Assembly: GCA_951406725.2 (NCBI GenBank)
Contig: OX597815.1
Location: forward strand, 186,992,001 to 187,056,000
Direction: 5' to 3'
Origin: Octopus vulgaris
Taxonomy: Eukaryota
DNA length: 64,000 bases
Position numbers and translations under genes: made by a program. The notes under the pieces are model-generated. The model was not told the DNA's origin, did not search any database, and saw nothing but the letters and a program-made list of their open reading frames with translations. Positions 12,829-24,871 of this stretch are shown one piece after another (positions within the stretch are counted from its first letter, which is position 1; each line of letters opens with the position of its first letter).

Positions 12829-12973
12829 CATCATCATCATCATCATCGTTTAACGTCCGTTCTCCATGCTAGCATGGGTTGGACGGTTCGACCGGGGTTC
12901 TGGGAAGCCAGAAGGCTGCACCAGGCTCCAGTCTAATCTGGCAATGTTTCTACAGCTGGATGCCCTTCCTAAC

Positions 12974-12977
<4 letters not shown>
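12829..12977 (-). mobile_element. family C repeat, short
   Basis: (CAT)n tail and C motif. Confidence 0.85.
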
Positions 12978-13018
<41 letters not shown>

Positions 13019-13153
13019 TATACACACACATCATATATATATATTTGCATATATATATATATATACACACATATACATACATATATACACACATTATACA
13101 TATATATATATATACACACATCATATATACATATATATATACAGACATCATAT

Positions 13154-13186
<33 letters not shown>

Positions 13187-13190
13187 TATA
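12978..13190. repeat. (TA)/(CA) microsatellite
   Basis: Direct reading. Confidence 0.95.
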
Positions 13191-14454
13191 ATGTATGTAT
13201 TCATATGCGTGTGTGTGCGTGCATGTGTATGAACATGTACATGAGTTTTCCTCAAGTGTCAACTTCCTTCTTTTTTTTCATTGCTAAAGACCAGTAAATT
13301 ATCTTATTAACACCTCAAAATACCTAAGCCCATATTTTTTCGCTTAAGAATCCATCAAAACCCATGCTTCTCGGTGATCTATCGGCAAGGAAACAAAAAT
13401 TCTAATGACAGTAATTAATTTATTACACAAAAACAGAAAAAACAATCACATGAAGAGAAAAATCGGTCAGTTCATAATTTTTTTAAATTTTTTAATTATT
13501 TTTCTTTCAATTAAACGAAAGAATTCTTAACATGAATCAAGCAATGTTATTTATTATTCCTAAAACTTTTTAATAACGAAGAAAACAAACGTTGTTTCTT
13601 TTCCCATTCTGTCACCACACGTTGAAGCTATTCAAGAAAACAGTTTTAAGGGGAACTACTCATGGTTTTATTCTGTTCAAGGAAGAATAAACAACGATTG
13701 ATATCGATTTCACATTTTTTAAATATAAATATATATACATATATGTATATATAAATTTAATTAACTGATGAAAGTCTATTAAATACATTTAATACTTGTG
13801 GTGATATTATTTTGTAAATTATCAGAAGAGTGGAGAAAAATCGATAACTTTGCAGTTAATTAGTTTTTCTTATCTATTTCTAAGTCAAGATAATTACAAA
13901 GTGTCGAGTAATATTTTTTTTTCCTTTTATTTGAATAAGCTTTTTTTTTTTATGAAATGCATTCCTTTTCATTATTTTATACGCATTGATTATAAATTAT
14001 AGACAACTTTATATTTCAAAACTTAAATTTTTTTTCCAGATATTTTTTCAGACAATTCAGAAAATATTTTTTCATAACGATCATAATGTATTTTTATATT
14101 CCTAGATGCATTCTCAAAAGCAAACAATAAACATGTCAAGTGAGTCAGATATTTTATCGCTGAAATAATATTTTGTTTCTTCTTTTATTTTTTTTTAATT
14201 TTCAAGATCATAGTCTCAAGGGAGGTAACTCCAAAACAACGTCAAAAACGAAAACTAAAATTACACTTTCTTTCACTTGGATGTATGACTTTAATACTAA
14301 CTAGGATAATTAAATTAATTAATTAAATATCCTTTTAAAAATATTACTTATATTTTCACACACACATAGTTACACATGTACGTGTGAATATATATATATG
14401 TATGTATGTACACATATACATACATATATGCAAATACACACACATATACATATA

Positions 14455-14680
14455 TCATCATCGTCGTCATCATAGCCTAATGCCCAAGTTCCATACTGCC
14501 AAGGGTTGGACAGTTTCAGTGTGGACTGGCAAACTAGGAACTGCGCTAGGCCCAAGTCTGATCTGGCAAGATTTCTACTACAGGTTGCCCTTCCTAATGA
14601 CAACCACTCCAAGAGGGCAGTGGGTAATTTTCACGTACCACCAGCAGACGGGTCAGTCATGCGGTACTGACATCAAGCAC
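14455..14680 (-). mobile_element. family C repeat (old)
   Basis: Degenerate C motifs. Confidence 0.75.
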
Positions 14681-14717
14681 GCGTCAACGTTGCTTTACAC
14701 ACATACAGACATAGTAA

Positions 14718-14758
<41 letters not shown>

Positions 14759-14862
14759 AAAAAGGGAGATGTCGAACACGAGTGGTGATATATAAAAAAG
14801 GAAATGAAGAAAATGCTGACAAATAATTGAAGTAATTTAAGTAATTTAATTAGGTGAAAGTT

Positions 14863-14894
14863 CTTTTTACCGGTTGCGCATTTGTTATGCTTAT

Positions 14895-14899
<5 letters not shown>
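14863..14899 (-). ncRNA. degenerate minimal hammerhead motif (UUGAUAA...GCAA)
   Basis: Minus: tt-TTGATAA-gcat-aacaa-atgc-GCAA-ccgg-TA-aaaag. Confidence 0.4.
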
Positions 14900-14940
<41 letters not shown>

Positions 14941-15126
14941 ATGTATATATATAGTACTAAGTAAGATAGGGGTTACGAGGGTAACCCACTATGGGATGTC
15001 AGTTATCCAATATACTGCTGGTGAAGCACCCAATGATGTTCCTATTTATATAGTTAATAAATAATATGTAATGGTAATATCTGTAAGCTGATGATTGAAA
15101 TGAATTTGTTCCTCCATTTTCTTATT

Positions 15127-15162
<36 letters not shown>

Positions 15163-15798
15163 AATGCATACACATACATATATACATACATACACACATT
15201 CATACATATATATACATACATACATACATACAAACATACATATATATATACATACATACATATATACATACATATATATTTACATACATATATATATACA
15301 TACATATACATACATATATATTTACATACATATATATATACATACATACATACATACATACATACACATATATACACATACATACATACATACACATATA
15401 TATATATATATACATACATACACATATATACATACATACATACACATATATACATACATACACATATATACATACATATATATATACACATACATATATA
15501 TATACACATACATATACATATATACATATACATACATACATATACATACATACATATACATATACATACATACATATATATATATACATACATATATATA
15601 CATATATATATATACAATACATACATACATATATACACACATATATATACGCATATATACACATATATATACAAATATATACACATGTATACACACATAT
15701 ATATATATACATATATATATATATACACATATATATATACACACATATATACACATATATACACATATATATACACATATATACACATGTATACACAC

Positions 15799-15829
<31 letters not shown>

Positions 15830-15951
15830 CACATATATATATACACACATATATATAGATATATATATATGCATACATTGATATATATGCACATACATGT
15901 GTATATATACATACATATATATATACATACATATATATATACATACATACA

Positions 15952-15983
<32 letters not shown>

Positions 15984-16147
15984 CATATATATATACATAC
16001 ATATATATACATATATATATCATATATAAACACATATACATGCATATATATATATACATATATATATCATATATAAACACATATACATGCATATACACAC
16101 ACATATATACATATATATATATATACACATACATACATATACACATT

Positions 16148-16178
<31 letters not shown>

Positions 16179-16202
16179 ATACATACATACATATACACAT
16201 TT

Positions 16203-16245
<43 letters not shown>

Positions 16246-16299
16246 CACACACACATATATGTATGTACATATATATACATATATACTTACATACATATA

Positions 16300-16364
<65 letters not shown>

Positions 16365-16365
16365 T
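15127..16365. repeat. ~1.2-kb degenerate (TA)/(TACA)/(CA) microsatellite
   Basis: Direct reading; source of the long I/Y/H/T ORFs. Confidence 0.97.
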
Positions 16366-16447
16366 AACAAAGTAAAGTTGTAAGGTACCACAAGAGTGGA
16401 ATTATATATGAAAGAAGGTTTGAAAATGCAATTTTAAAAGATGTTTA

Positions 16448-16495
16448 TTTACTTGACCGGTTTCACTTTTTTAGAAAAAGATTGTCAAAAGTAAA
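16448..16495 (-). ncRNA. minimal type I hammerhead motif with U3-A8 core
   Basis: Minus: tttactt-TTGACAA-tcttttt-cta-aaaaagt-GAAA-ccgg-TC-aagtaaa; perfect 7-bp stem I. Confidence 0.65.
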
Positions 16496-17009
16496 ATGTA
16501 AAAGCTTTGTAAAAACTTTGTTAAGTACTGGTTGTCACAAAATATTACAATACATATATATACATTTTTTGATAATAATAAGAAAATGGTAAAAACAGTT
16601 TACCAGGAAATGTCTTGAGAAAATATTAAAAAGTTCATTAAAAAATTAGGATTTCATTAAAAATCATGTTTGTTTGGAAGTATTTATATATATACACAAA
16701 AAAGTATTTGTTCAAAAACAGTCATATTTGGTCGTATATATATTATATATATATATATACAGAAGGTGATATATTTAGGGGTTTACAAAGAATTTGAGAT
16801 GAACTGACCCGTTTTAGCATTTTTTTCATTTTCTGTGGAGCTAAAGGTTGTCTACTATTTTAAGGGACAGTGTGTGAGGTTGGTTTGGGTGGGGGGAAGG
16901 AAGAGCAATGTGGAATTGAAAGGATTTTTTTGTTTTTCTTTCATGGTTGGTCTTTCATGGCTAGTCTTTCATGGTTCAGTGGTTTTGGGGATTAGTCTTA
17001 GAGGACAGA

Positions 17010-17420
17010 ATGGTGTGAGTGTGTGTGTGTGTGTATATATACATGTGTTTGTGTGTGGGAGCCGTTTTTGATTGGTCCCAGGGTTTATTGTGGTGTATGT
17101 AAATGAGTCTGTGTTTAATATTTGGTAGGATGGTGTGTTAGGGTGTTTTGTATGTGCAAGTGTGCGTATGTGTTTGTTCGCTTGTGTGCGTGTGTATGCT
17201 TTTTTTGTGTTGGTGGGGATGTTATGTGTGTGTGTGTCTCTGTCTAAGTATGCTTGTCTTGATGTTGTGTGTATGTGTATGTATGTATTATGTGTGTGAC
17301 TGGTATTTGTTATGGTGTTGTATGTGCACATATGTGTGTATATGTGTTAATTCACGTGTATGTGTGCGTACGTGTATTTTTGTGTGTTTTTGTGTTGGTG
17401 GGGGTGTTATGCGTGTGTAC
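17010..17420. repeat. TG-rich low-complexity tract
   Basis: Direct reading. Confidence 0.8.
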
Positions 17421-17582
17421 TCTCCAGCCTTCATCAGGTGTCCTGGTTTCTCATTCCTAAGTTATTTTTCCGATTTTAGTAGTAGTAGTAGTAGTAGTAC
17501 TTTTATCATACTCTCAATTTTGGCCTGGAATTGAATTCAGAATCTTGGGTTTAGCAGCCTGCGCTCTTAACCACTACGCCAT
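17420..17582 (-). mobile_element. tRNA-headed short element carrying the 5' half of a hammerhead
   Basis: Minus: ggcgtagtggttaagagcgc...gaattcaattcc head, (ACT)n linker, cttaggaatgagaa..ccagg..acacCTGATGAaggctgg; body shared with 21225-21304. Confidence 0.6.
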
Positions 17583-17624
17583 ATATATACATATATATAT
17601 AAATATATATATAAATATATGTAT

Positions 17625-18255
17625 ACATATTATGGAGTGAATTTTAAGGCTTATAAATCTAATATTTTCCTATCCTTCCTGAATACCGGTTCCCATATGC
17701 TACTCATATCTGCACTAGGTCTGGTTCGGAGATTATTATGTCCTAGCATATGTGCTGCTTATTTTAGTTTTCGTATATTCCAATGGTATTCTCTATCTTT
17801 TGTTTTAACTTCTTCCCATAGAGGGAGGTGGTCTCCATTTTTCCATACCTGACTTTGTGATGTTCCTCTACCCTTATTTTGATGGAGTGGCATGTTTTGT
17901 CCTTGTATAATCTACCACAGCTCCATGGGATGGAGTACACACAGTCTTTGGTCATGCTTTCTTCTATTGGTGGTTTTACTCGAAGGTATATTTTGCGAAG
18001 TGTTGTATTACTCTTGAAGACTGTCCTGATGTCATATGGGCAGCATATCTTTTGTATCTTTTCCAAGAGGCTTTTTACATAGGGTAGACAGACTGTGGTC
18101 AGTTTATGGGTTTCATCCTCTCTTCTCTTCATAACTGGACTGGACAGTCTGTTTTTGGGGTAGTCGTTGCTTAATAGATTGTTACGTAGCTTGGTCATTT
18201 CTTCGTGGTGTGCATCACGATCTCTACTTATATTCTTTGCTCGATGTTTTAGGCA
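17625..18255 (-). mobile_element. Penelope-like retroelement fragment (RT C-terminus plus GIY-YIG endonuclease), pseudogenised
   Basis: ORF 17764-18198: NDYPK..CLPYVK..EKI..DIRTVFK..TLR..VYSIPWSCGRLYK..IKIRVEEH, the typical Penelope thumb/GIY-YIG signature. Confidence 0.9.
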
Positions 18256-18383
18256 ATGAGCAATCCTATATATGGAAACTGGCAGAATGACATAGACGCC
18301 TCTGATGAGAATTCAATATGGTTTAAAAATCAGTCTGCAGAGAAATGGCTAAAATTTGCCCTGTTTATAATTATACCATATGT

Positions 18384-18390
<7 letters not shown>
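18256..18390 (+). mobile_element. Penelope-type pseudo-LTR fragment (deleted copy of 18990-19120)
   Basis: gaatga..cctCTGATGAgaa..cagtctgcagagaaat..ttataattataccata shared between the two. Confidence 0.65.
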
Positions 18391-18417
<27 letters not shown>

Positions 18418-18418
<1 letters not shown>

Positions 18419-18796
18419 TAGCAGTATTGCCCAGCATAGCTCAGGTTTGTTTCAAGCCTTTAGAATTGGAATTTTTGAAAAGTAAAAATTTTGCATTATG
18501 TAGCTTGTTATTCTCTTTAAGTGAACATTTTTCTGGTTGAAATACACTGAAAAATGGCGACACAGCAGTAAAAAAATCGTAAAAAAATAGAGATTTTCAT
18601 AGAAAAAAAACATCTTATTGATGTAAATAATTTTTGGTGTTAACATGGTCCAATTTGAATTTTTTCTTCTATGGAAGGAAGAGCAAGCCACCTTCTCTCA
18701 TACTCTCAATTTTGGTCAACTTGTGCCGCAGAGTCTCAGAGGAGATAGTGTTAGTTGAAGGCTACCAAACCTGCCATACACAGACAACTTCAGCTT

Positions 18797-18803
<7 letters not shown>
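18418..18803 (-). mobile_element. non-autonomous Helitron
   Basis: Minus 3' end caaacctgagctatgctgggcaatactgCTAG (subterminal hairpin plus CTAG), inserted in (TA)n; termini resemble the 53949 and 55189 copies. Confidence 0.8.
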
Positions 18804-18828
<25 letters not shown>

Positions 18829-18974
18829 TCATACTTTGATACTGTATGGAGTAAGATCCCCATTTTCAGGACACTGGTATTTATAGCGTTAAAAACTTTC
18901 AGTGCGGAAATTAGGGAATCCTTCATAGAGTAACTGCTGCATTTGTTGCGTATATAAACAGTTTGGCTGATTGC

Positions 18975-19077
18975 TTCTCTGCAGACTGTTAGAATGATGT
19001 GGACACCTCTGATGAGAACCAAACAAGGTTCAAAAATCAATTAAGGTTGTTCATCATTTTCTTCAGTCTGCAGAGAA
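18975..19077 (+). ncRNA. type I hammerhead motif with long stem I, G12A-decayed
   Basis: ttctctgcagactg..tgatg.ggacacct-CTGATGA-gaacc-aaacaa-ggttc-AAAA-atcaat-TA-aggttgttcatca..cagtctgcagagaa. Confidence 0.7.
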
Positions 19078-19305
19078 ATTACTAAAATTTGCAGTTTATA
19101 ATTATACCATATATTACATATGTATATATAAATGTATATATATATAAATATTATACATACACAGTCTGTTAGGAACACTCCCATACACTGGAATGTAATT
19201 GAATAGAATCCATATACACAAATGCTGATGCACACATTCACATGCTGCCATTCAGTCTGTGGTGAGCACTACATCTATTAGGATGTAAATGAATATGTCG
19301 ATTAT

Positions 19306-19392
19306 TGCCCTGATGAGATTTTTACCTTTTAAATTCATAATGCAATTTTTAATTGTAAAATATGAAAGTAGATATTGAAACGTGCATAGGCA
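19306..19392 (+). ncRNA. type I hammerhead motif with intact core and extended stem II
   Basis: tgcc-CTGATGA-[gatttttac..ttcata..tgcaatt/aattgta..tatgaa..gtagatatt]-GAAA-cgtgca-TA-ggca. Confidence 0.75.
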
Positions 19393-19454
19393 TTATGAAA
19401 TTGACTGTTATGTAAATAAATTGATTTTGCTGTGTTCAAACTCTGCAATTTCTT

Positions 19455-19501
<47 letters not shown>

Positions 19502-19539
19502 GCTTGTCTGTCTGTATGTATGTAAATCTTTGTTAGTAT

Positions 19540-19677
19540 GGCTGTGTGGGAGGAAGCTTTTTCTTAACCAAATGGTTCTGAGCTCAGTCCCACAGCATGG
19601 CATCTTGGGCAAGTAGTCTAACACTTTCCAAAGCCTTGTGAGAAGATTTGGTAGATGGAAACTGAAAGACGTCAGTC

Positions 19678-19715
<38 letters not shown>

Positions 19716-20352
19716 CATCATCATAATCATCCTTTAACGTCCATTGTCCATGCTGGCATGGGTTGAACAGTTTGAGTGGGCTGGCATGCTGGAAAGCTGT
19801 ACCAAACTCCAGTCTGATTTGTCATGGTTTTCTACAGCTGGATGCCTTCCCTAATGCCAACCACTCCAAGAGAGTAATGGGTGCTTTTACAGGCCACCAC
19901 CACGGGTGCCTTTTGCATGACATCAGGGTGCATTTATGTGCCACCGGCAGAGGTGCCAGTTTGCATGACACTGGCATTTTCCACAACATATATATATATA
20001 TATTTATTATCGTTTAATGTCTGCTTTCCATGCTGGCATGGGTTGGATGGTTACTGAAGACTGGCAAGCCAAAAGGCTGCACCAGGCTCCAACTGGATGC
20101 CCTACCTATTGCCAACCAGTCCAAGAGTGTAGCGGGTGCTTTTTACATGCCAACAACACGGTGGCCAGTCAGGCAGAACTGGCATTGACCACACTCGAAT
20201 AGTGCCTTTTATGTGCCACCAGCACGGGAGTTAGTCAGGTGTATATAAATATATATATATACACACGCACTCACACACACGTGTGTATGTGTGTGTATAC
20301 GTCTTCCACTACTACTTGATAACCGGTGTTGGTGTGTTTATGTCCCCATAAC
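19540..20352. mobile_element. SINE A (+) split by two family C copies (19714-19985 and 20010-20240, minus)
   Basis: A head at 19540, A continuation near 20305; C copies lie inside the central microsatellite. Confidence 0.75.
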
Positions 20353-20640
20353 TCTCTTCTTTTAAGCCTGGCAATATCCAATATCTTACTGTGTAACTCA
20401 AATGTCAGCTGGCAAACATCCCTGCAAACTTTCTCTTTTTCAGATGTTGAATACTGACCCCATTTTCATGTTCACTTTTAACCATCCATCCGCATCCTTA
20501 GACCAGGTACAGTCTACGTAGTCACATTGAAAAATACATCTGGCAAAATTGTTGAAATACTAGCATAGCAGCAAAATAAATGTATGGTGCATACAGGAAG
20601 TAAGGTGGAGGTGAGCTTCTGCCATAAGAATAATAATAAG

Positions 20641-21222
20641 AATAAATGCCCTGATATAGTACGAGGCAGTGGCTCTAATCGCTTCTGATCTTAACTGATT
20701 GGAAGTGTTATCATGTACATTGTTTTGTCTTGGTATAAAAGATGGGCTACAGCAAATATTCTGCTCAATAACACAGATTTGTTTATCAGTTGTCTGACCA
20801 TAACCAGTTGAGCATGTCCCTTAGTGACTGACGATATGTGCATCTCTGATCACGAGCAGAAGTAGTGGGGGAGCATCATAGCCATGTGTGAAGAGGAATT
20901 CTTTGGGATTTGAATAATTCACCTTTAGAAACATGGGTGTTTCATTCAACATCCTTAAACAATCATTATTCAGGGACCTTTTGAGCAGGATAGGTTACTC
21001 AACCTGAAGAAAATTCTAACTGGGCCCCACTTGCAGGGTCACGTGCTGATTATTTTGATATGAGATCACCCTGTCACACACATATGGTTGTGATGCATGT
21101 GCCTGGTGTACCCTTATTAGATGGGTAGTCATGATGGGTATACTGGGCTTCGTATATTTTACCCCAGTGCCACTTTGATGGCATGCACTGCTCTCTCACT
21201 CAATAATGATAATAATTATAAT
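20641..21222. mobile_element. unclassified interspersed repeat bounded by (AAT)n tracts
   Basis: GC-richer block flanked by AAT runs, as for retroposed 3' ends; no protein motif recognised. Confidence 0.4.
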
Positions 21223-22682
21223 AACATCAAAAAATACCTTAGGAATGAGAACCCAGGTTCGAAACTTCCCCAAGATACCTGATGAAAGTTGGAGGGTATA
21301 TCAGGGTAGGAAGTGTGACCATGTTTTTAACAGAAATGGGTGGATATAGTGATCAAGATAGAGTGTATTATAGGGTACTTATGCTTAGATTAGTTTTGCT
21401 AAGTAAAACTACCACTACTATTTCTGCCTATGCTCCTCAAACAGGATTGCTTGATTAACATTTTACGACCTTTTGCAAATTACCAAATATTACCTTTTTT
21501 CAATGACAAATAGCAATGACTTTATCTTTGTGGCTGGTGATTTCAATGGGCATATTGGACAGCGTCTTGGTGGCTTTCATGGTGTGCATGGAGGTTATGG
21601 ATTTGGTCCCCAAAATGGGTAAAGAACAAGTCCATGGGAATTTTGTGATGCAAATGACCTAATGATCTGCCATACTAAGTTCAGAAAACCAGCCATTCAC
21701 CTGATTACCTATTAATCTGGGGGCTACACAAGCTAAATTAACTACATACTTATCACAAAGCAGGATAGACTGATTCTCACAAAAGCAAAGACCATCCCTG
21801 GTGAAGAATATTCTCCCCAACATAGGTTAATTGTTGGTGTCTTTAGATTTGGGGTTAGAAGGACGAGGGGAAGCAAACCAGTTCAGAAAAAGAGGATAAA
21901 GAAACTTAAGGATCCATTGAATAGTCAGAGATTTAGAGACATCCTAAGTGAATCATCTCACAAGAAAGAAGAGGAGATAGAGATGTATAACAAAGAGGAT
22001 AACTGGAAGTTCCGACTTCCAGTTATCCAGCAGCGGCATTACTTCAACTAGACGTAGTGATGGATTCGTTAGAGTGCTGGAGAGAGTAATTTTGTGGTAT
22101 TCATTACAACTTACCGGGCTCAAATCCTGCTGAGGTCAGGTTATCATTCAATTCGTTCCGTTTTACTAATAATATATAACCTAGGACTGCAGACTAAATC
22201 TGTGGCTGGTGCAAAGTTCTAGCCGGACCAAGCTTGACATGATGGTGAAACAGTGAAACAGAGCCATAAAAGTAAAGAAACAGGCCTGGAAGGACTGGAA
22301 GATAGGAGTAGCAGAGAACTATACCAGGCAGCAAGAAGAGAAGCCAGGTGACAGGTATATTTAGCTAAGGGCGAAGCAGAAAGGAAGAAATGTGTGAGGA
22401 CCAGAGGCATGAGGTATTCCAGATTTCAAGACAGTGTATAAGAGAAACTCATGATGTAGGAGAGAAGTGTGTACAGAGAGAAGAGTGAGAGTACACTCTC
22501 ACATAGTGGTTCTGAAATGAAAGAGGCATGAAAGTGACAGAATGTATTAGTATGGAGAGTAGGGTAAGGTTAGGGACAGAAGTGGGCTCAGGAAGGATAA
22601 ATCAGAAAGGTGGGGTGGGGTGGGGGCAGTCATGTGTATGGTGTGGGAGTTGTGTGGTAGTGTATGAAAGATGGAACTATAT

Positions 22683-22728
22683 ATGAGAGGATGGTATTTA
22701 TGAGATGATGGTAAATCTGAGAGGATGG

Positions 22729-22760
<32 letters not shown>

Positions 22761-23921
22761 GATGGCATATATGAGAGGATGGTATATCTGAGAGGATGGT
22801 ATATCTGAGAGGATGGCATATATGAGAGGATGGTATATATGAGAGGATGGTATATCTGAGAGGATGGCATATATGAGAGGATGGCATATATGAGAGGATG
22901 GCATATATGAGAGGATGGCATATATGAGAGGATGGCATATATGAGAGGATGGTATATATGAGAGGATGGTATATATGAGAGGATGGCATATATGAGAGGA
23001 TGGTATATATGAGAGGATGGTATATATGAGAGGATGGTATATATGAGAGGATGGCATATATGAGAGGATGGTATATATGAGAGGATGGTATATATGAGAG
23101 GATGGCATATATGAGAGGATGGCATATATGAGAGGATGGCATATATGAGAGGATGGTATATCTGAGAGGATGGCATATATGAGAGGATGGTATATCTGAG
23201 AGGATGGCATATATGAGAGGATGGCATATATGAGAGGATGGCATATATGAGAGGATGGTATATATGAGAGGATGGTATATCTGAGAGGATGGTATATCTG
23301 AGAGGATGGCATATATGAGAGGATGGTATATCTGAGAGGATGGTATATATGAGAGGATGGTATATATGAGAGGATGGTATATATGAGAGGATGGCATATA
23401 TGAGAGGATGGTATATATGAGAGGATGGTGTATACGAGATGATGGTATATATATATGAGAGGATGGTATATATGAGAGGATGGCATATATGAGAGGATGG
23501 TATATATGAGAGGATGGTATATATGAGAGGATGGCATATATGAGAGGATGGCATATATGAGAGGATGGTATATCTGAGAGGATGGTATATATGAGAGGAT
23601 GGCATATATGAGAGGATGGTATATATGAGAGGATGGTGTATACGAGATGATGGTATATATATATGAGAGGATGGTATATATGAGAGGATGGCATATATGA
23701 GAGGATGGTATATATGAGAGGATGGTATATATGAGAGGATGGCATATATGAGAGGATGGTATATATGAGAGGATGGCATATATGAGAGGATGGTATATAT
23801 GAGAGGATGGTATATATGAGAGGATGGTATATATGAGAGGATGGTATATATGAGAGGATGGTATATATGAGAGGATGGTATATCTGAGAGGATGGTATAT
23901 ATGAGAAGGAGTTATATATGA
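22683..23921. repeat. 17-bp minisatellite (GAGAGGATGGYATATMT)n, ~1.2 kb
   Basis: Direct reading; explains the three 371-456 aa ORFs. Confidence 0.97.
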
Positions 23922-24071
23922 GAAAGAGAATCTTCCTAATGCTGATCTAACAGAAGGGTTAACTGTCCATATTGACAGCAAAATAATGAATGAATTAATT
24001 AAAGATACGAAGACAGGAAAAGCTCCAGATCCACAGATATCTAGTGGAGTAGGATACAGAATAGTCACCTA

Positions 24072-24250
24072 TGTAAAGCACCCACTAGACTCTCGAAGTG
24101 GTTGGCATTAGGAAGGGCATCCAGCTGTAGAAACTCTGCCAGATCAGATTGGAGCCTGGCGCAGCCATCTGGTTTGCCAGTCTTCAGTCAAATCGTCCAA
24201 CCCATGCTAGCATGGAAAGCAGACGTTAAACGATGATGATGAACGATGAT
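24072..24250 (+). mobile_element. family C repeat nested in the RTE ORF
   Basis: C motif with (GAT)n tail. Confidence 0.85.
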
Positions 24251-24871
24251 GTAGTTAATCAGGTTATCCAGGGAGGTATCATTCCCAACAACTGGGGCAG
24301 CAGCATTATAGTCAGCTGCTACAATAAATAGTAAGGGAGATGCCTTAGAGAGGAATAACTCTAAAGGTATCAAATTGCTGGACCAGGTATTGAAAGATAC
24401 TGAAAGAGTCATCACACTAATAAAAAACAAAAGAGTTTGCTTAGATGAGATGTAGTTTGGTTTTGTACAAGGAGAAGCACTACTGATGCCATCTTCCTAC
24501 CAAGGCCACTGCAGAGAGAAGTATTTCGCCTGAAAAAACAAAACACTATATCCAGCATTTGTAAACATGGAGAAAGCCTTTAACAGGGTCCCTTACTCTT
24601 TCATATGGTAGTCACTGCACAAGATAGGGATACATGAAGGGCTGGTGAGATCCATTTAAGCTATGTACAAGGGTGCTATCAGTAAGGTGGAAGTCAACAA
24701 TGAGCACACAGCAACAAATTTAGTGAGCAGGTAAGAGTCCATCAGGGCTTGGTTCCCAGACCTATCTTACTGATCATAGTTCTCCAGGTTGTAAAAGAGG
24801 AGTTTAAGATTGGGTCCCCATGGGAGCTCCTCAGCACTGGGAGAATACAACATAAGTTTGGACATGTGATG

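Noticed and set aside
15054-16383. ORFs of up to 403 aa rich in I/Y/H/T or M/Y/V/C
   Set aside because: Translations of TA/CA microsatellite; all frames open on both strands.
22547-24068. Three overlapping 371-456 aa repetitive ORFs; CRISPR-like regularity
   Set aside because: 17-bp minisatellite with no unique spacers; not coding and not CRISPR.
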